This document shows, in pieces, positions 29,437-40,660 of a stretch of DNA of 64,000 bases. Position 1 is the stretch's first letter, and each line of letters starts with the position of its first letter. The DNA comes from an uncultured Collinsella sp. (lineage in GTDB: Bacteria; Actinomycetota; Coriobacteriia; Coriobacteriales; Coriobacteriaceae). The notes under the pieces are model-generated. The model ran no database searches and was not told where the DNA came from. It saw nothing but the letters and a program-made list of their open reading frames with translations. A program made the position numbers and the translations under genes. The DNA lies in contig UQZD01000005.1 in NCBI GenBank assembly GCA_900545485.1, forward strand, positions 6,464 to 70,463. Direction: 5' to 3'.

Positions 29437-30183
29437 CTAAACCGTGATGACGTTTTCCATCGTCTGGTACTTGGCGGGCACCTCGCCCGCGGTGATAACC
29501 GTTGCGTCACGGAAGTCCGCGAATTTTACGGGAGCCACCATGCCAAACTTACTGGCGTCCGAGATTACGAAGCGTTTGGCTGTATGGCGCATCGAGATAC
29601 GCTTGACCTGCGCTTCCTCGATATCGGGCGTCGTAAAGCCCTGCTCGGCGGCAATGCCGTTAGAACCCCAAAAGCCGCAGTTAAAGTTGTAGCGGTCTAG
29701 GGTTGCCAGAGCATCGGGGCCAACGAGCGCCTCGGTCTCGGGTTTAAGCTCGCCGCCCAGCACCACGGTGCGCATGCCGCGCACAGCGAGATGCTGAGCA
29801 TGGAGCACGGAATCAGTCACATAGGTGACCGATTCGAGATGCGGAAGATGCTCGATGAGTCTGAGCGTTGTCGAACCCGAATCGATGTACACAAAGCTCT
29901 CGGGCTCCACGAGCGCCGCGGCGCGGGCGCAGATACGCTCCTTGTCGTCGTTATGGAGATCACTGCGCTCACTGATCGTTAGGTCGCGCGTCACGTGCGC
30001 GCGCTCAAGACTTGTCGCGCCACCGTGCACCTTGGCGATGCGGTGCGCTCGGTCGAGCGTCTGTAGGTCGCGTCGAATGGTAGAGGCCGTCACGCCCAGG
30101 GCATCGGCAAGCTCGGGCACCGTTACCGAGCCAGCCTGCTGCACCATCGACACGATCGTATTGAGCCTATCTTCCGCAAGCAT
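29437..30183 (-). CDS. DeoR/GlpR (FruR-like) regulator
   Basis: STIRRDL...KVHGGA HTH; YIDSGSTT; SDASKF. Confidence 0.92.
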   Translation of the reverse strand: MLAEDRLNTIVSMVQQAGSVTVPELADALGVTASTIRRDLQTLDRAHRIAKVHGGATSLERAHVTRDLTISERSDLHNDDKERICARAAALVEPESFVYIDSGSTTLRLIEHLPHLESVTYVTDSVLHAQHLAVRGMRTVVLGGELKPETEALVGPDALATLDRYNFNCGFWGSNGIAAEQGFTTPDIEEAQVKRISMRHTAKRFVISDASKFGMVAPVKFADFRDATVITAGEVPAKYQTMENVITV

Positions 30184-30186
30184 CGC

Positions 30187-31266
30187 TTACTCCTCCTCGG
30201 GGTAGACGACTCCCCAATCGGCGCGGAGCTTGGTCATGAGCTCCATCACATCAGAAGCATAATCCAGAAGCTCACGCTTGGAATCGTCGCCGGCGACGGC
30301 CTGCTCGAGGTCAGCCATCTCGTAGCACAGGGCATAAGCCTCGGTGCCCGCGGCGACCTCCTCGCGATGACCGTCCGCGGTCCACACGATCGTCGCGTGA
30401 TCGGCGCGCGGATACTCGTTGACCTCGACATAGCAATTGTCAAAGCTGATAACCGAGCGCTTTGGCTGCTTGGAGTGGAGCGTAAGGCTCACGACGCCCA
30501 GCTGTTGCTCGGCATTGCGGCAGACGATGCCGCCTGCAACGTCCACGCCGGTCTCGCAGGTGTTACCCAGAGACACGACCTCGACGGGCTGGCTCGCCAT
30601 AAACAGGCGCATGACGGACAGGGCGTATACGCCAATATCGAGCATGGCACCGCCGGCGAGGTTGCGATTGTAGAAACGGTTGGTCAGGTCGCCGTACTCC
30701 TTGTAGCTACCAAAGTTGAGCTGAGCGAGGTTCATGCGGCCAAACTCGCCGGCATCCATGCGGCGGCGCAGCTCTTGATACAAGGGCATGTGGAGCACCG
30801 TGGTAGCGTCCATAAGGACCACGTTGTGTTCGGCGGCAATGGCGCGGGCCTCATCGAGCTCGGCGGAGTTGAGCGTGATGGCCTTCTCGCAGAGAACGTG
30901 CTTGCCGGCCGCCAGGGCGGCGCGCAGATAGGTAATATGGGTGTTGTGCGGGGTGGTGATGTAGACGGCGTCGATGTCAGGATCGGCGTAGAGATCCTCA
31001 ACCGTGTCATAGACCTTCTCGACGCCGTACTGGTCGGCAAAAGTCTGAGCCTTGGTGAGCGTGCGGTTGGCAACGCCCGTAAGCTTGCGGCCGGCCAGGG
31101 CAAGGGACTGAGCCATCTGGTTGGCAATAACGCCGCAACCGATCACAGCCCAACGGAGCTCGGGAGCCGTAAAGATGTCGTTAGGGAACGGCTTGTCCTG
31201 GACCGAAGCAAATGCTGCTTTGGCGGCTGCCGCGGCGTCGAGTGGAGCCTGCTTGGAATCTGCCAT
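30187..31266 (-). CDS. Gfo/Idh/MocA oxidoreductase
   Basis: WAVIGCGVIA, GKHVLCEK, GGAMLDIGVY. Confidence 0.9.
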   Translation of the reverse strand: MADSKQAPLDAAAAAKAAFASVQDKPFPNDIFTAPELRWAVIGCGVIANQMAQSLALAGRKLTGVANRTLTKAQTFADQYGVEKVYDTVEDLYADPDIDAVYITTPHNTHITYLRAALAAGKHVLCEKAITLNSAELDEARAIAAEHNVVLMDATTVLHMPLYQELRRRMDAGEFGRMNLAQLNFGSYKEYGDLTNRFYNRNLAGGAMLDIGVYALSVMRLFMASQPVEVVSLGNTCETGVDVAGGIVCRNAEQQLGVVSLTLHSKQPKRSVISFDNCYVEVNEYPRADHATIVWTADGHREEVAAGTEAYALCYEMADLEQAVAGDDSKRELLDYASDVMELMTKLRADWGVVYPEEE

Positions 31267-31417
31267 TATGTGTCTCCTGTGTCATAGAACGTCTTGCATT
31301 TCTGACAGCTCTATATTCGCACAAACACGCGCATCTGTGCGCATTTTTGCGTATCTCACCGCTAAACGGTCATTATTTCCCCGTAAACGGTGCATATATA
31401 CGCATAAGTGCGTAATT

Positions 31418-31447
31418 AAACGCAATCTAACGCGCATAAACGCGCAC
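31418..31447. promoter_or_regulatory. possible DeoR operator (10-bp tandem repeats)
   Basis: AAACGCAATC-TAACGCGCAT-AAACGCGCAC upstream of the oxidoreductase-deoR unit. Confidence 0.35.
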
Positions 31448-31549
31448 ACAAACAATTTATACAGCACGACCCGCTCATTTATGCTTACCCAGTTAGGGTA
31501 CTCATTTAAGTCTGTCCCCAATGAGTATGTCTCCAATGAGTAGGGATAG

Positions 31550-31584
31550 AAAAAAGGCCCGGGTGCCGTGGCATCCGGGCCTTT
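31550..31584 (-). terminator. intrinsic terminator after rplX
   Basis: Hairpin AAAGGCCCGG...CCGGGCCTTT with a U tract on the minus strand. Confidence 0.75.
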
Positions 31585-31610
31585 GCTAGCAACTTGATGT
31601 TGCGGGCAGC

Positions 31611-31916
31611 TTAGAACTTGTGGCCGCACTTCTTGCAGACGCGCAGCTTGTTCTTGCCGTCCTTCTCGTGACCGACGCGGGTAACCTTACCGCACTCGGG
31701 GCAGACGAGATTGACGTTGGAGGCGTCGATGGGAGCCTCCTGCGAAACGATGCCGCCCTGCTGGTTGGCAGCGTTGGGCTTGACGGCCTTCTTGACGACC
31801 GAAACGCCCTCGACAACGACCTTGTTCTCGGCGGGGAGAGCACGCAGGATAACGCCCTGCTTGCCGCGATCCTTACCAGAGAGAACCTGGACCTTATCGC
31901 CCTTCTTGATATACAT
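31611..31916 (-). CDS. rplX: 50S ribosomal protein L24
   Basis: [19 protein letters not shown]. Confidence 0.97.
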   Translation of the reverse strand: MYIKKGDKVQVLSGKDRGKQGVILRALPAENKVVVEGVSVVKKAVKPNAANQQGGIVSQEAPIDASNVNLVCPECGKVTRVGHEKDGKNKLRVCKKCGHKF

Positions 31917-31929
31917 ATATCTCCCCTAA

Positions 31930-32298
31930 CTACAGGGTCTCGGGAGCGAGCGAGACGATCTTCATGTACTTCTTGTCACGAAGCTCGCGAGCGACGGGCC
32001 CGAAGATACGGGTGCCGACGGGCGAACCATCGTTGTTGATGACAACGCAGGCGTTCTCATCAAAGCGAATGTAGGAGCCATCCTTGCGGCGGATCTCCTT
32101 AACGGTGCGAACGACGACGCAACGGACAACGTCCTTCTTCTTGACGTTGGCGCCAGGGGTAGCCTCCTGGACAGCACCGATGAACACATCGCCGATGCCT
32201 GCATAACGACGCTTGGAACCGCCAAGCACCTTGATGCAGCGAATCTTGCGAGCGCCGGAGTTGTCGGCGACGTTCAGCATGGTTTGCATCTGAATCAT
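31930..32298 (-). CDS. rplN: 50S ribosomal protein L14
   Basis: [16 protein letters not shown]...[12 protein letters not shown]. Confidence 0.98.
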   Translation of the reverse strand: MIQMQTMLNVADNSGARKIRCIKVLGGSKRRYAGIGDVFIGAVQEATPGANVKKKDVVRCVVVRTVKEIRRKDGSYIRFDENACVVINNDGSPVGTRIFGPVARELRDKKYMKIVSLAPETL

Positions 32299-32416
32299 GG
32301 TAGATGTTCCTCCGAACTAAGAACCGAAGAGAGGTGCGCAGCCTTTATACGGCCCGTGGTATGCAAGCCAGGCATACGCACATCTTCGGAAACGTACAAG
32401 TCGTAAGAGCGACTGC

Positions 32417-32677
32417 TTATTTAGCGCGCTCGACGACCTCGATGAGGCGCCAACGCTTCATCTTGGACATAGGACGGGTCTCCATAACGCGGACGGTATC
32501 GCCCACGCCAGCCGTGCACTCCTCGTCGTGAGCGTGCAGCTTCTTGGAGCTGGTCATCATCTTGCCGTACTTGGGGTGACGCTTGCGCTCGGTGATGGTG
32601 ACAACGATGGTCTTGGCACCGGAGACGGAGGTAACGACACCCGTACGGACCTTACGCGAGTTACGCGAATCAGTCAT
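32417..32677 (-). CDS. rpsQ: 30S ribosomal protein S17
   Basis: HPKYGK...AHDE...ETRPMSKMKRW. Confidence 0.97.
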   Translation of the reverse strand: MTDSRNSRKVRTGVVTSVSGAKTIVVTITERKRHPKYGKMMTSSKKLHAHDEECTAGVGDTVRVMETRPMSKMKRWRLIEVVERAK

Positions 32678-32693
32678 GTTCTCTCCTTAGGTC

Positions 32694-32909
32694 CTACTCG
32701 GCGACAGCGGACTTCTCCGCTGCGATCTCGCGGGCGCGCTGCTCCGTGAGGACGCGAGCGATGTCCTTCTTCACGGTGTTGACGCGAGCGGTGTTGTCCA
32801 GCTGGCTGGTGGCCATCTGGAAACGAAGGTTAAAGAGCTCGGCGCGCATTTCCTTCAGCTTCTCAACGAGCTGAGCGTCCGAGAGCTCACGAATCTCTGC
32901 GGGCTTCAT
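32694..32909 (-). CDS. rpmC: 50S ribosomal protein L29
   Basis: ELFNLRFQ...KDIARVLT. Confidence 0.97.
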   Translation of the reverse strand: MKPAEIRELSDAQLVEKLKEMRAELFNLRFQMATSQLDNTARVNTVKKDIARVLTEQRAREIAAEKSAVAE

Positions 32910-33412
32910 TAGTTCTCCTCCTTGGCGGCGGCGGCGTCCTCAGCAGCCCACTTGGCCTCGAGAGCGGCCTCCTCAGCCATCTCCTTCTCGATGCGCTGCT
33001 CAGCGTTCTTAGCAGCAACAATCTTGGTCTTGATGGGAAGCTTGTGCTGTGCAAGACGCAGAGCCTCGCGAGCGACCTCCTCGGGCACGCCCTTGACCTC
33101 GAACATGATGCGGCCGGGCTTGACGACGGCCACCCACTCCTCGGGGTTACCCTTACCAGAACCCATGCGAGTCTCGGCAGGCTTCTTGGTGATGGGCTTA
33201 TCGGGGAAGATCGTGATGTAGACACGACCGCCACGCTTCATGTAGCGGGTCATGGCAATACGAGCGGCCTCGATCTGACGGTTGGTAATCCAATGGGCCT
33301 CGAGAGCCTGGATACCAAACTCGCCGAAATGCAGCTCGGTATTACCCTTGGCCTGGCCCTTCATGGAGCCACGCTGCACCTTGCGGTGAAGAATACGCTT
33401 AGGGGCAAGCAC
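32909..33412 (-). CDS. rplP: 50S ribosomal protein L16 (with acidic/Ala-rich C-terminal tail)
   Basis: [23 protein letters not shown]. Confidence 0.97.
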   Translation of the reverse strand: MLAPKRILHRKVQRGSMKGQAKGNTELHFGEFGIQALEAHWITNRQIEAARIAMTRYMKRGGRVYITIFPDKPITKKPAETRMGSGKGNPEEWVAVVKPGRIMFEVKGVPEEVAREALRLAQHKLPIKTKIVAAKNAEQRIEKEMAEEAALEAKWAAEDAAAAKEEN

Positions 33413-34122
33413 TACTGACCCCTCCTCTCGGAGTTACGACGACGAGGACGGGAAGAGCCCTCGAGTGCAGGGTTGGGAACAGGCTGGCCCGGGAGCTTCT
33501 CGCCCAGGTAGATCCAGACCTTCACGCCGCAGGCACCCATGGTGGTGCTGGCGACAGCCGTGCCGTAGTCGATCTTGGCACGGAGGGTGTGCAGAGGCAC
33601 GCGACCCTCGCGGTACCACTCACGACGGCCCATCTCGGCACCGCCGAGACGACCGGAGCACTGGATACGGATGCCCTTGGCGCCGGCCTTGCGGGCGGAC
33701 TGGACAGCCTTGCGCATAGCGCGACGGAAGGCAACGCGACCCTCGAGCTGCTCAGCGATGGACTGAGCAACGAGGTTGGCGTCGAGCTCGGGGCGCTTGA
33801 TCTCGACAACGTCGACGGAGAGCTGGCCCTTGGAGACGCCAGCAACCTTCTCGAGCTCGGTGCGGAGGGTATCGATCTCGGCACCCTTCTTACCGATGAC
33901 AACGCCGGGGCGAGCGGTGAGGATGATGACCTTCACCTTGTCGCCAGCGCGCTCGATCTCGACGCGGGAGACAGCTGCGCGGGAAAGACGCTTCTCGAGG
34001 TACTTGCGGATCTCGAGATCGTTACCGAGGGTCTTAGCGTAATCCTTCTCTGCGAACCAGCGGGAGCGCCAGTTCTCGGTGATGCCAAGACGGAAGCCGG
34101 TGGGGTAGACTTTCTGACCCAT
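33412..34122 (-). CDS. rpsC: 30S ribosomal protein S3
   Basis: [31 protein letters not shown]. Confidence 0.98.
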   Translation of the reverse strand: MGQKVYPTGFRLGITENWRSRWFAEKDYAKTLGNDLEIRKYLEKRLSRAAVSRVEIERAGDKVKVIILTARPGVVIGKKGAEIDTLRTELEKVAGVSKGQLSVDVVEIKRPELDANLVAQSIAEQLEGRVAFRRAMRKAVQSARKAGAKGIRIQCSGRLGGAEMGRREWYREGRVPLHTLRAKIDYGTAVASTTMGACGVKVWIYLGEKLPGQPVPNPALEGSSRPRRRNSERRGQ

Positions 34123-34128
34123 ACAGCT

Positions 34129-34500
34129 TTACGCCTCCTTTCGAGGAGCAACGACGACGGTGATGTGGGAAGTACGCTTCAGAATGCGAGAAGCGGAACC
34201 CTTGGCGCGGGGACGGATGCGCTTAAGCGTCGGACCCTCGTCAACATAGGCAGCGGCGACAACCAGGTTGTCGGCACGCAGACCGTTGTTGTTCTCGGCG
34301 TTCGCAACGGCGGAACGGAGAACCTTCTCGACATCCACGGCGACGGCGCGGTCGCAGAAGTGGAGGATGTCGAAGGCCTGAGCGACAGGCTTGCGGCGGA
34401 TCAGATCGACCACCAGGCGGGCCTTGCTGGGGGAAACACGCACGTACTTAGCGACGGCGCGAACCTCGGTGGCCTCAGTTTCAATAGACTTAGTTGCCAT
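34129..34500 (-). CDS. rplV: 50S ribosomal protein L22
   Basis: [27 protein letters not shown]. Confidence 0.97.
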   Translation of the reverse strand: MATKSIETEATEVRAVAKYVRVSPSKARLVVDLIRRKPVAQAFDILHFCDRAVAVDVEKVLRSAVANAENNNGLRADNLVVAAAYVDEGPTLKRIRPRAKGSASRILKRTSHITVVVAPRKEA

Positions 34501-34514
34501 TTACGGTTAACCCC

Positions 34515-34775
34515 CTATTTGGCCTTGTGGCCACGGAACGTACGAGTCGGCGCGAACTCGCCGAGCTTGTGACCAACCATGGACTCGGTAACATACACGG
34601 GCACATGCTTGCGGCCGTCGTGGACGGCGATGGTGTGACCAACCATCTCGGGGAAGATGGTGGACGCGCGGGACCAGGTCTTCACGACGTCCTTCTTGCC
34701 AGCCTCGTTCATCGCGGTGATACGCGAGAGAAGGCGAGTCTCCACGAACGGGCCCTTTTTGAGACTTCTGCTCAT
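34515..34775 (-). CDS. rpsS: 30S ribosomal protein S19
   Basis: [21 protein letters not shown]. Confidence 0.98.
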   Translation of the reverse strand: MSRSLKKGPFVETRLLSRITAMNEAGKKDVVKTWSRASTIFPEMVGHTIAVHDGRKHVPVYVTESMVGHKLGEFAPTRTFRGHKAK

Positions 34776-34807
34776 AAGTGCTTTCTCCTAAAACTCGGTA
34801 TCCGAAA

Positions 34808-35638
34808 TTACTTCTTACGGCGACGAATGATGTGCTGGTTCGAGACCTTCTTCTTCTTGCGCGTACGAAGGCCCTTCGTCGGCTTACCCCAGGGGGTAAC
34901 AGAGGGACGACCAGAGGTGTGGTTCTTGCCCTCGCCACCGCCGTGCGGGTGGTCGACAGGGTTCATGACGGTACCGCGGACGGTCGGGCGCACGTTCATG
35001 TGACGCTTACGGCCGGCCTTGCCGATGACGATGTTGGAGTGATCGGCGTTGCCGACCTCACCGACGGTGGCGCGGCAGGTAACGAGGATGCGGCGCATCT
35101 CGGAGGAAGGCATACGGACGATAGCGTACTTGCCCTCCTTACCCATCAGCTGGCAGGAGTTACCAGCGGAACGGGCGATAGCAGCGCCCTTGCCCGGCTG
35201 GAACTCGACGGCGTGGATGAGCGTACCGACGGGAATGTCGGCGAGGGGCAGAGCGTTGCCCGGCTTGATGTCGGCGTCAGAACCGGACATGATGGTCTGA
35301 CCGACCTCGAGGCCCTTGGGGGCCAGGATGTAGCGCTTCTCACCGTCAGCGTAGTGCAGCAGAGCGATGCGAGCGGAACGGTTCGGATCGTACTCGATCG
35401 TGGCAACCTTGGCGGGCACGCCGTCCTTGTTGCGCTTGAAGTCGATCACGCGGTAACGACGCTTCACGCCGCCGCCCTGGTGGCGGGTGGTGATGCGGCC
35501 GTTGTTGTTACGACCGGCCTTCTTGGGCAGGGGCTCGAGAAGAGACTTCTCGGGCTTGGTGCAGGTGATCTCGGAGAAATCGGAGATCGTCTGCCAACGC
35601 CTACCAGCGGAGGTCGGCTTAAGGTGCTTTACAGCCAT
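34808..35638 (-). CDS. rplB: 50S ribosomal protein L2
   Basis: [30 protein letters not shown]. Confidence 0.98.
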   Translation of the reverse strand: MAVKHLKPTSAGRRWQTISDFSEITCTKPEKSLLEPLPKKAGRNNNGRITTRHQGGGVKRRYRVIDFKRNKDGVPAKVATIEYDPNRSARIALLHYADGEKRYILAPKGLEVGQTIMSGSDADIKPGNALPLADIPVGTLIHAVEFQPGKGAAIARSAGNSCQLMGKEGKYAIVRMPSSEMRRILVTCRATVGEVGNADHSNIVIGKAGRKRHMNVRPTVRGTVMNPVDHPHGGGEGKNHTSGRPSVTPWGKPTKGLRTRKKKKVSNQHIIRRRKK

Positions 35639-35817
35639 TACAATCCCTTTCAATAGGAATCCGTTAGCCATCGCAGACAGGGATTCGAGGTTCTGCCTCG
35701 GGTGCGATGACACCGGACGTATACACGGTTCCGGGCGTGTCCATTTTATACGCCCAAAACCTTGAGCTCTCGCCTCCCCTATTTGGGAGGCATGAGCTCA
35801 CTCAACAGCAGCGAGTC

Positions 35818-36105
35818 TTAGGCCTGGTTGCCAAAGACCTCGATGGTGTCGCCCTCGGCCAGCGTGACGATGGCCTTCTTCCAAGAACGGGTCTTGCCGG
35901 CGACATAGCGCACGCGCTTGGTCTTGGGCTTGACCGTCAGGGTGTTCACGCGAACGACCTTGACGCCGAAGATCTCCTCGACAGCGTCCTTGATCTGATA
36001 CTTGTTAGCATCCTTGGCGACCTCGAACGTGTACTTGTTCAGCTCCATGCCGGAGAAGGAACGCTCGGACACGATCGGACGGATGATGATCTCGTGGGCG
36101 GTCAT
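35818..36105 (-). CDS. rplW: 50S ribosomal protein L23
   Basis: RPIVSE...YTFEV...WKKAIVTL. Confidence 0.97.
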   Translation of the reverse strand: MTAHEIIIRPIVSERSFSGMELNKYTFEVAKDANKYQIKDAVEEIFGVKVVRVNTLTVKPKTKRVRYVAGKTRSWKKAIVTLAEGDTIEVFGNQA

Positions 36106-36732
36106 TTATGCAAGCACCTCCCCGAAGTGAGCGGCGATGTCGGCGGGCATCAGCACGGCGTTGTTGTTGACGAGATCGTAGGTGTTGGCCTCGTCAGCGG
36201 TGATGATGAACGTCTTGGGAATGTTGCGGAACGACAGGTAGGCGTTGACGTCCTCATCGCGAACGATGATGGTCAGGCGCTTGCCCTCAAGGCCGAGAGC
36301 CTTGAGCATGGCGACGGCAGCCTTGGTGGAAGGCTTCTCGAAGCCGTAGTCGTCGACGAGCACGAGCTCGCCATCGGCCAGCTTGGCGGACAGCGCGGAG
36401 CGCATAGCCAGCTTGACCTCCTTGTGGTTCATACGCTTAGCGTAGGAACGGGGCTTGGGGGCGAAGACAACGCCACCGTGACGCCACTGGGCAGCACGGA
36501 TGGAACCCTGGCGGGCACGGCCGGTGCCCTTCTGACGCCAAGGCTTCTTGCCGCCACCGGAAACCTCAGAGCGACCCTTAGCAGACTGGGTGCCCTGACG
36601 CCAAGAGGCCATCTGGCACTTGACGATGTGGTGCATAACGTGGATGTTCGGCTCGATGCCGTACACCTCAGCGGCGAGCTCGGCCTCGGCGACCTTCTTG
36701 CCCTCGCTGTTCTTTACTTCAAACTTTGCCAT
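36106..36732 (-). CDS. rplD: 50S ribosomal protein L4
   Basis: KPWRQKGTGRARQGS. Confidence 0.98.
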   Translation of the reverse strand: MAKFEVKNSEGKKVAEAELAAEVYGIEPNIHVMHHIVKCQMASWRQGTQSAKGRSEVSGGGKKPWRQKGTGRARQGSIRAAQWRHGGVVFAPKPRSYAKRMNHKEVKLAMRSALSAKLADGELVLVDDYGFEKPSTKAAVAMLKALGLEGKRLTIIVRDEDVNAYLSFRNIPKTFIITADEANTYDLVNNNAVLMPADIAAHFGEVLA

Positions 36733-36778
36733 TTAAGTGTTCTCCTTGGTATGACGCTGGGCTAAATGGGCTGGGCCC

Positions 36779-37399
36779 TTAGGCCATACGGATGGCGACG
36801 AGACCATTCTTGGCACCCGGGACAGCGCCCTTGACCAAGATGAGGTTCTGCTCGGCATCGATGCGGACAACGGAAAGGTTCTTGACGGTAACGCGCTCGT
36901 TACCCATGTGACCGGCCATCTTGACGCCCTTGAGGACGCGCGCAGGATAGGCGCACTGACCGATAGAACCGGGGTGACGCTGGAAGTGAGAACCATGCGT
37001 CATAGGACCGCGGCGCTGACCCCAGCGCTTGATGCGACCCTGGAAGCCCTTACCCTTGGAGGTACCGATGACGTCGACCTTCTCGACATCAGCGAAATCA
37101 GCGACGGTGACGACCTCGCCGACCTTGTGCTCCTCGCCGTTCTCGACGCGGACCTCACGAAGGAAGCGGACAGGCTCGACGCCAGCCTTGGCGAAGTGAC
37201 CAGCCATGGGCTTGTTCACGTTCTTGGCCTTGATGTCGCCGAAACCGATCTGGACGGCGTCATAGCCGTCGGTTGCCTGAGTTTTAACCTGCGAGACAGC
37301 GCAGGGGCCAGCCTGGATGACCGTGACGGGAACGACGTTGTCGTCCTCGTCCCAAACCTGGGTCATGCCAATCTTGCGGCCGAGAATCATGCTGATCAA
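36779..37399 (-). CDS. rplC: 50S ribosomal protein L3
   Basis: [22 protein letters not shown]. Confidence 0.97.
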   Translation of the reverse strand: MISMILGRKIGMTQVWDEDDNVVPVTVIQAGPCAVSQVKTQATDGYDAVQIGFGDIKAKNVNKPMAGHFAKAGVEPVRFLREVRVENGEEHKVGEVVTVADFADVEKVDVIGTSKGKGFQGRIKRWGQRRGPMTHGSHFQRHPGSIGQCAYPARVLKGVKMAGHMGNERVTVKNLSVVRIDAEQNLILVKGAVPGAKNGLVAIRMA

Positions 37400-37966
37400 G
37401 ATATGATCCCAACTCTCGCGTGGTCTTGGGACAATGCGTACACCACCGAGCGTACGCCCCTAGAGGACCACTACTTACACGACGTGCTCCCCAGCCTTGT
37501 ATTACGTCCGGACTACCTGACAACCCTATTAAGCAGGCATTTTGTCCAGCCAGAATACTCCCCTGGTTACACACAGCTGTTTAGTATACACGGCTGCGGG
37601 CGTATCCATCGAGATTCATATTTCACTCACATTGTTTACGCAGGTAAAGTGCGTGGAGTCGCCTGGGCTTGGCAGAGGGGCGGCGAAATATATTAAGTTT
37701 GCTGCTCTACAGTCCTGCGCAAGACGGAAAGCACATTAAGTGCTTTCCTTTGCGTGCGGAACTCGCGACAAACTTAACCCCCGCCCTCAGCCCCGGAGAC
37801 CCTCCCTGCCGTCACTTTGTCCAAACAGTTCTTGCTCCTCGCCGCTTCCGCGGCTCGAGGCCCCCGTTCTCCGCGGTGGGATTGGTCTGATTATTCTTGT
37901 TGAAACTCGGCCTTTGGCTCATAAAAAACGGGAGATGCGGTTTTACATCCCCCGTTTTTGTTGCGG

Positions 37967-38434
37967 TTAGTCTAGGTCAATAAACTTGGTGCTTAGGATC
38001 TTGCCGTCTTTGACGAGCATTCTGGCCATGGTGGGGCCTCGGGTGCCTCTGGGGTAGCTGGCGCTGCCCGGGTTGAGGACTAAGCAGCGGCCCACTTGGG
38101 CTTCTTTGGTTACGTGGGTGTGGCCGTTGATGGCTACGTCTACGGATCCCACCGGAAGGTCTTCGCGGTAGTGGGCTACGGCGAATTTGAGGCCTTCGTA
38201 GGTAAAGAGCGCAAGACGGTCTACATCGGGGCCGTAGTCGCGGTAGTAATCGTTGTTGCCCAGTACGGCCCGCACGGGGGCGATGGTGCATAGGTGCTCG
38301 TAGTCTATCTCTGACGTGAGGTCGCCGGCGTGGATGATCAGGTCTGCGCCCTCAAGCTCATCCAAGAGCGCAGGCGATAAATAGCCGTGGGTGTCCGAGA
38401 TGATGTCGATGCGCTTGGCGCTTGCACTGTTCAT
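37967..38434 (-). CDS. YfcE-family metallophosphoesterase
   Basis: SDTHG, HAGD, GNND, GHTH, NPGS. Confidence 0.9.
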   Translation of the reverse strand: MNSASAKRIDIISDTHGYLSPALLDELEGADLIIHAGDLTSEIDYEHLCTIAPVRAVLGNNDYYRDYGPDVDRLALFTYEGLKFAVAHYREDLPVGSVDVAINGHTHVTKEAQVGRCLVLNPGSASYPRGTRGPTMARMLVKDGKILSTKFIDLD

Positions 38435-38530
38435 GGGATCCCTTCCGCAAAAAACGATTCGGCAGATACATACAAAAAAGGCCCCACGGCTCCGCAGACG
38501 ATGGGTCTACAGGGCTGCGGGGCCAGTGTG

Positions 38531-39247
38531 CTAGAGACTCAGGGCCTTCTTGAGCGGCACGACGCGGCGGCGCGAAACCGGCACGCGTTCGTCGACGCCC
38601 GTAATGCCCAGTTGGATAGCGCCCGAGGGCACCGTCTCGACATCCGTGACGCACGCCAAGTTGACGATATAGCGACGATGAACGCGAAAGAAGCCAAAGT
38701 CGCAAAGCTTGGCCTCGAACTGCGCCAGCGAAGTCGTCGATAGAAAACGATCATCGACGGTATAGATACAGGAGTAATCGTCCTTGGCCATGATGAAGCG
38801 AATGTCATCCACGGGAATGAGGACCTTACGGCCGCCCTTTTCCACCGGAATGCGCTCGATGGTGGCTTTGCTGTCCGTGACGGGCTTGGCGTGCTGCATG
38901 ACCTTCTCGATCGCGCGATCCAGGCGTGCCTCTTCAACCGGCTTCATCAAGTAGTCGACAGCATCCACATCGAACGCCTCGACGGCATGATCGCTATACG
39001 CGGTCACAAACACAATCGCCGGCGGATTCTTAAGCTTATGCAGTGCCTCGGCAAGCTGCAGACCAGAAGCGCCGGGCATCGAGATATCGAGAAATACGAC
39101 ATCGACGCGGCTTTCCATCAACATCTCAATGGCGGAGCGGACGCTCGACGCCTCAGTGATCGTGCCGATCTTGCCCGTCTGCTCGAGCAAGAAGCGAAGT
39201 TCCGAACGGGCCGGGGCCTCATCATCCACAATCATCGCACGCAGCAT
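38531..39247 (-). CDS. LytTR response regulator
   Basis: IVDDE, FLDISMP, DYLMKP, FFRVHRRYIVN, PVSRR. Confidence 0.93.
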   Translation of the reverse strand: MLRAMIVDDEAPARSELRFLLEQTGKIGTITEASSVRSAIEMLMESRVDVVFLDISMPGASGLQLAEALHKLKNPPAIVFVTAYSDHAVEAFDVDAVDYLMKPVEEARLDRAIEKVMQHAKPVTDSKATIERIPVEKGGRKVLIPVDDIRFIMAKDDYSCIYTVDDRFLSTTSLAQFEAKLCDFGFFRVHRRYIVNLACVTDVETVPSGAIQLGITGVDERVPVSRRRVVPLKKALSL

Positions 39248-39319
39248 AGGGATTAAACCTTTCGTCAACAAACTACGCTGGGCATCCGCCGCTTGGCGTT
39301 GAGCCCATAGCCTTTTATT

Positions 39320-40660
39320 TTACTCTTGAATGTCAAAGATGCTCTCTGACAAATCAAGATGCAGGAGCACTTTGGTACCCTTGCCCGGCGCCGATTCGAC
39401 GCGTGTATAAGAGTGCGGTCCATAAAAGCGATGGATGCGCTCAGAAATATTGTGCATGGCCACGCCGGCGCCGCCGCCTTGCGGGGAACTGGCATCGGGG
39501 CGGGCGGAGCGCTCATCAAACAACCTGGCGGCGGTGCCCTCGTCCATGCCCACGCCGTTGTCGGCCACGGCAATCAGGATTGCGTCGTCGCCGTCTTGAT
39601 GGACGGTCACATCGATCCGCAGGGCGTCGTCGCCCATGCCATGCCGCACGGCGTTCTCGACGATGGGCTGGATTACAAAGGCCGGGACCAACGTGTCCTC
39701 GACATCCTCGGAGACATCGAAGGTCGCCAGTACGCGGTCCTCGCCAAAGCGCGCCTTCTCAAACGTCAGGTAGCGCTTGGTCTGGGCAACCTCGCGCGAG
39801 ACCGGGATAAGCGACCCCGAGTTGTCGAGCGTGGCGCGATAGAACGAGGAGAACTCGCGCAGCAGCTCGCGGGCGCGCAGCGGGTCGGTACGCGTAAACG
39901 ACGCGATGGTGTTGAGCGTGTTAAACAGAAAGTGCGGATTGATCTGCGCCTGCAGAGCACGAACCTCGGCACGTGCCGTGAGCTCCTTTTGTACCTCGAG
40001 CTCGTGGATGGCGAGCTGCGTGGACAGGATCTCGGCAAAGCCCGAGGCGAGCGCATACTGGGTACGGTCGACGGCGCGCGGGGTCTTGTAGTAGAACTTG
40101 AGCGTGCCGACGGTGCGGTCGCCCACCTTGATGGGCGCGATGATACCGGCGGGAACATGGTTGTGCGAGCCATCCGAACCCACCACGTCCACCACGCGGT
40201 TGAACGACTGCACGATACCGTGCTCAATGACGTAGCGCGTGGCGAGCGTGTGGATGGGCGAATCGGGCAGCAGCTTTTCCTCGAACTCGCCCGCGCAGGC
40301 CAGCACGTTGCTCTCATCGGTGATGGCAACGGTCATGGCACGTGTCTCGGGCAGGATACGCCGGCACACCAAAAGCGCCGATTCCTGCGTCAGACCGCCC
40401 TTAATGTCCTCGAGCATGGCCGAGGCAACCGAGAGCGTCTCCTCGGTGTACTGGGAGCGTACCGAATCGGGATTGAGCGTCAAATAGATAAAGATGCACA
40501 AGAAGATGCACAGCAGCGCACAGGCGACCACCGTGGCAATCGGCTCAATGCCAGTCGCCAGGGCAAAGATAAAGTACACCAACACGCAAACGGCGCAGAC
40601 AACGGCGATGATGCGAAAGATTGAAATTGAATTATCGCGCTGGGCGCGGCGGTCGATCAT
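39320..40660 (-). CDS. LytS-type sensor histidine kinase
   Basis: Two TM helices; ALQAQINPHFLFNTLNTI; QPIVENAVRHG; DNGVG. Confidence 0.92.
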   Translation of the reverse strand: MIDRRAQRDNSISIFRIIAVVCAVCVLVYFIFALATGIEPIATVVACALLCIFLCIFIYLTLNPDSVRSQYTEETLSVASAMLEDIKGGLTQESALLVCRRILPETRAMTVAITDESNVLACAGEFEEKLLPDSPIHTLATRYVIEHGIVQSFNRVVDVVGSDGSHNHVPAGIIAPIKVGDRTVGTLKFYYKTPRAVDRTQYALASGFAEILSTQLAIHELEVQKELTARAEVRALQAQINPHFLFNTLNTIASFTRTDPLRARELLREFSSFYRATLDNSGSLIPVSREVAQTKRYLTFEKARFGEDRVLATFDVSEDVEDTLVPAFVIQPIVENAVRHGMGDDALRIDVTVHQDGDDAILIAVADNGVGMDEGTAARLFDERSARPDASSPQGGGAGVAMHNISERIHRFYGPHSYTRVESAPGKGTKVLLHLDLSESIFDIQE

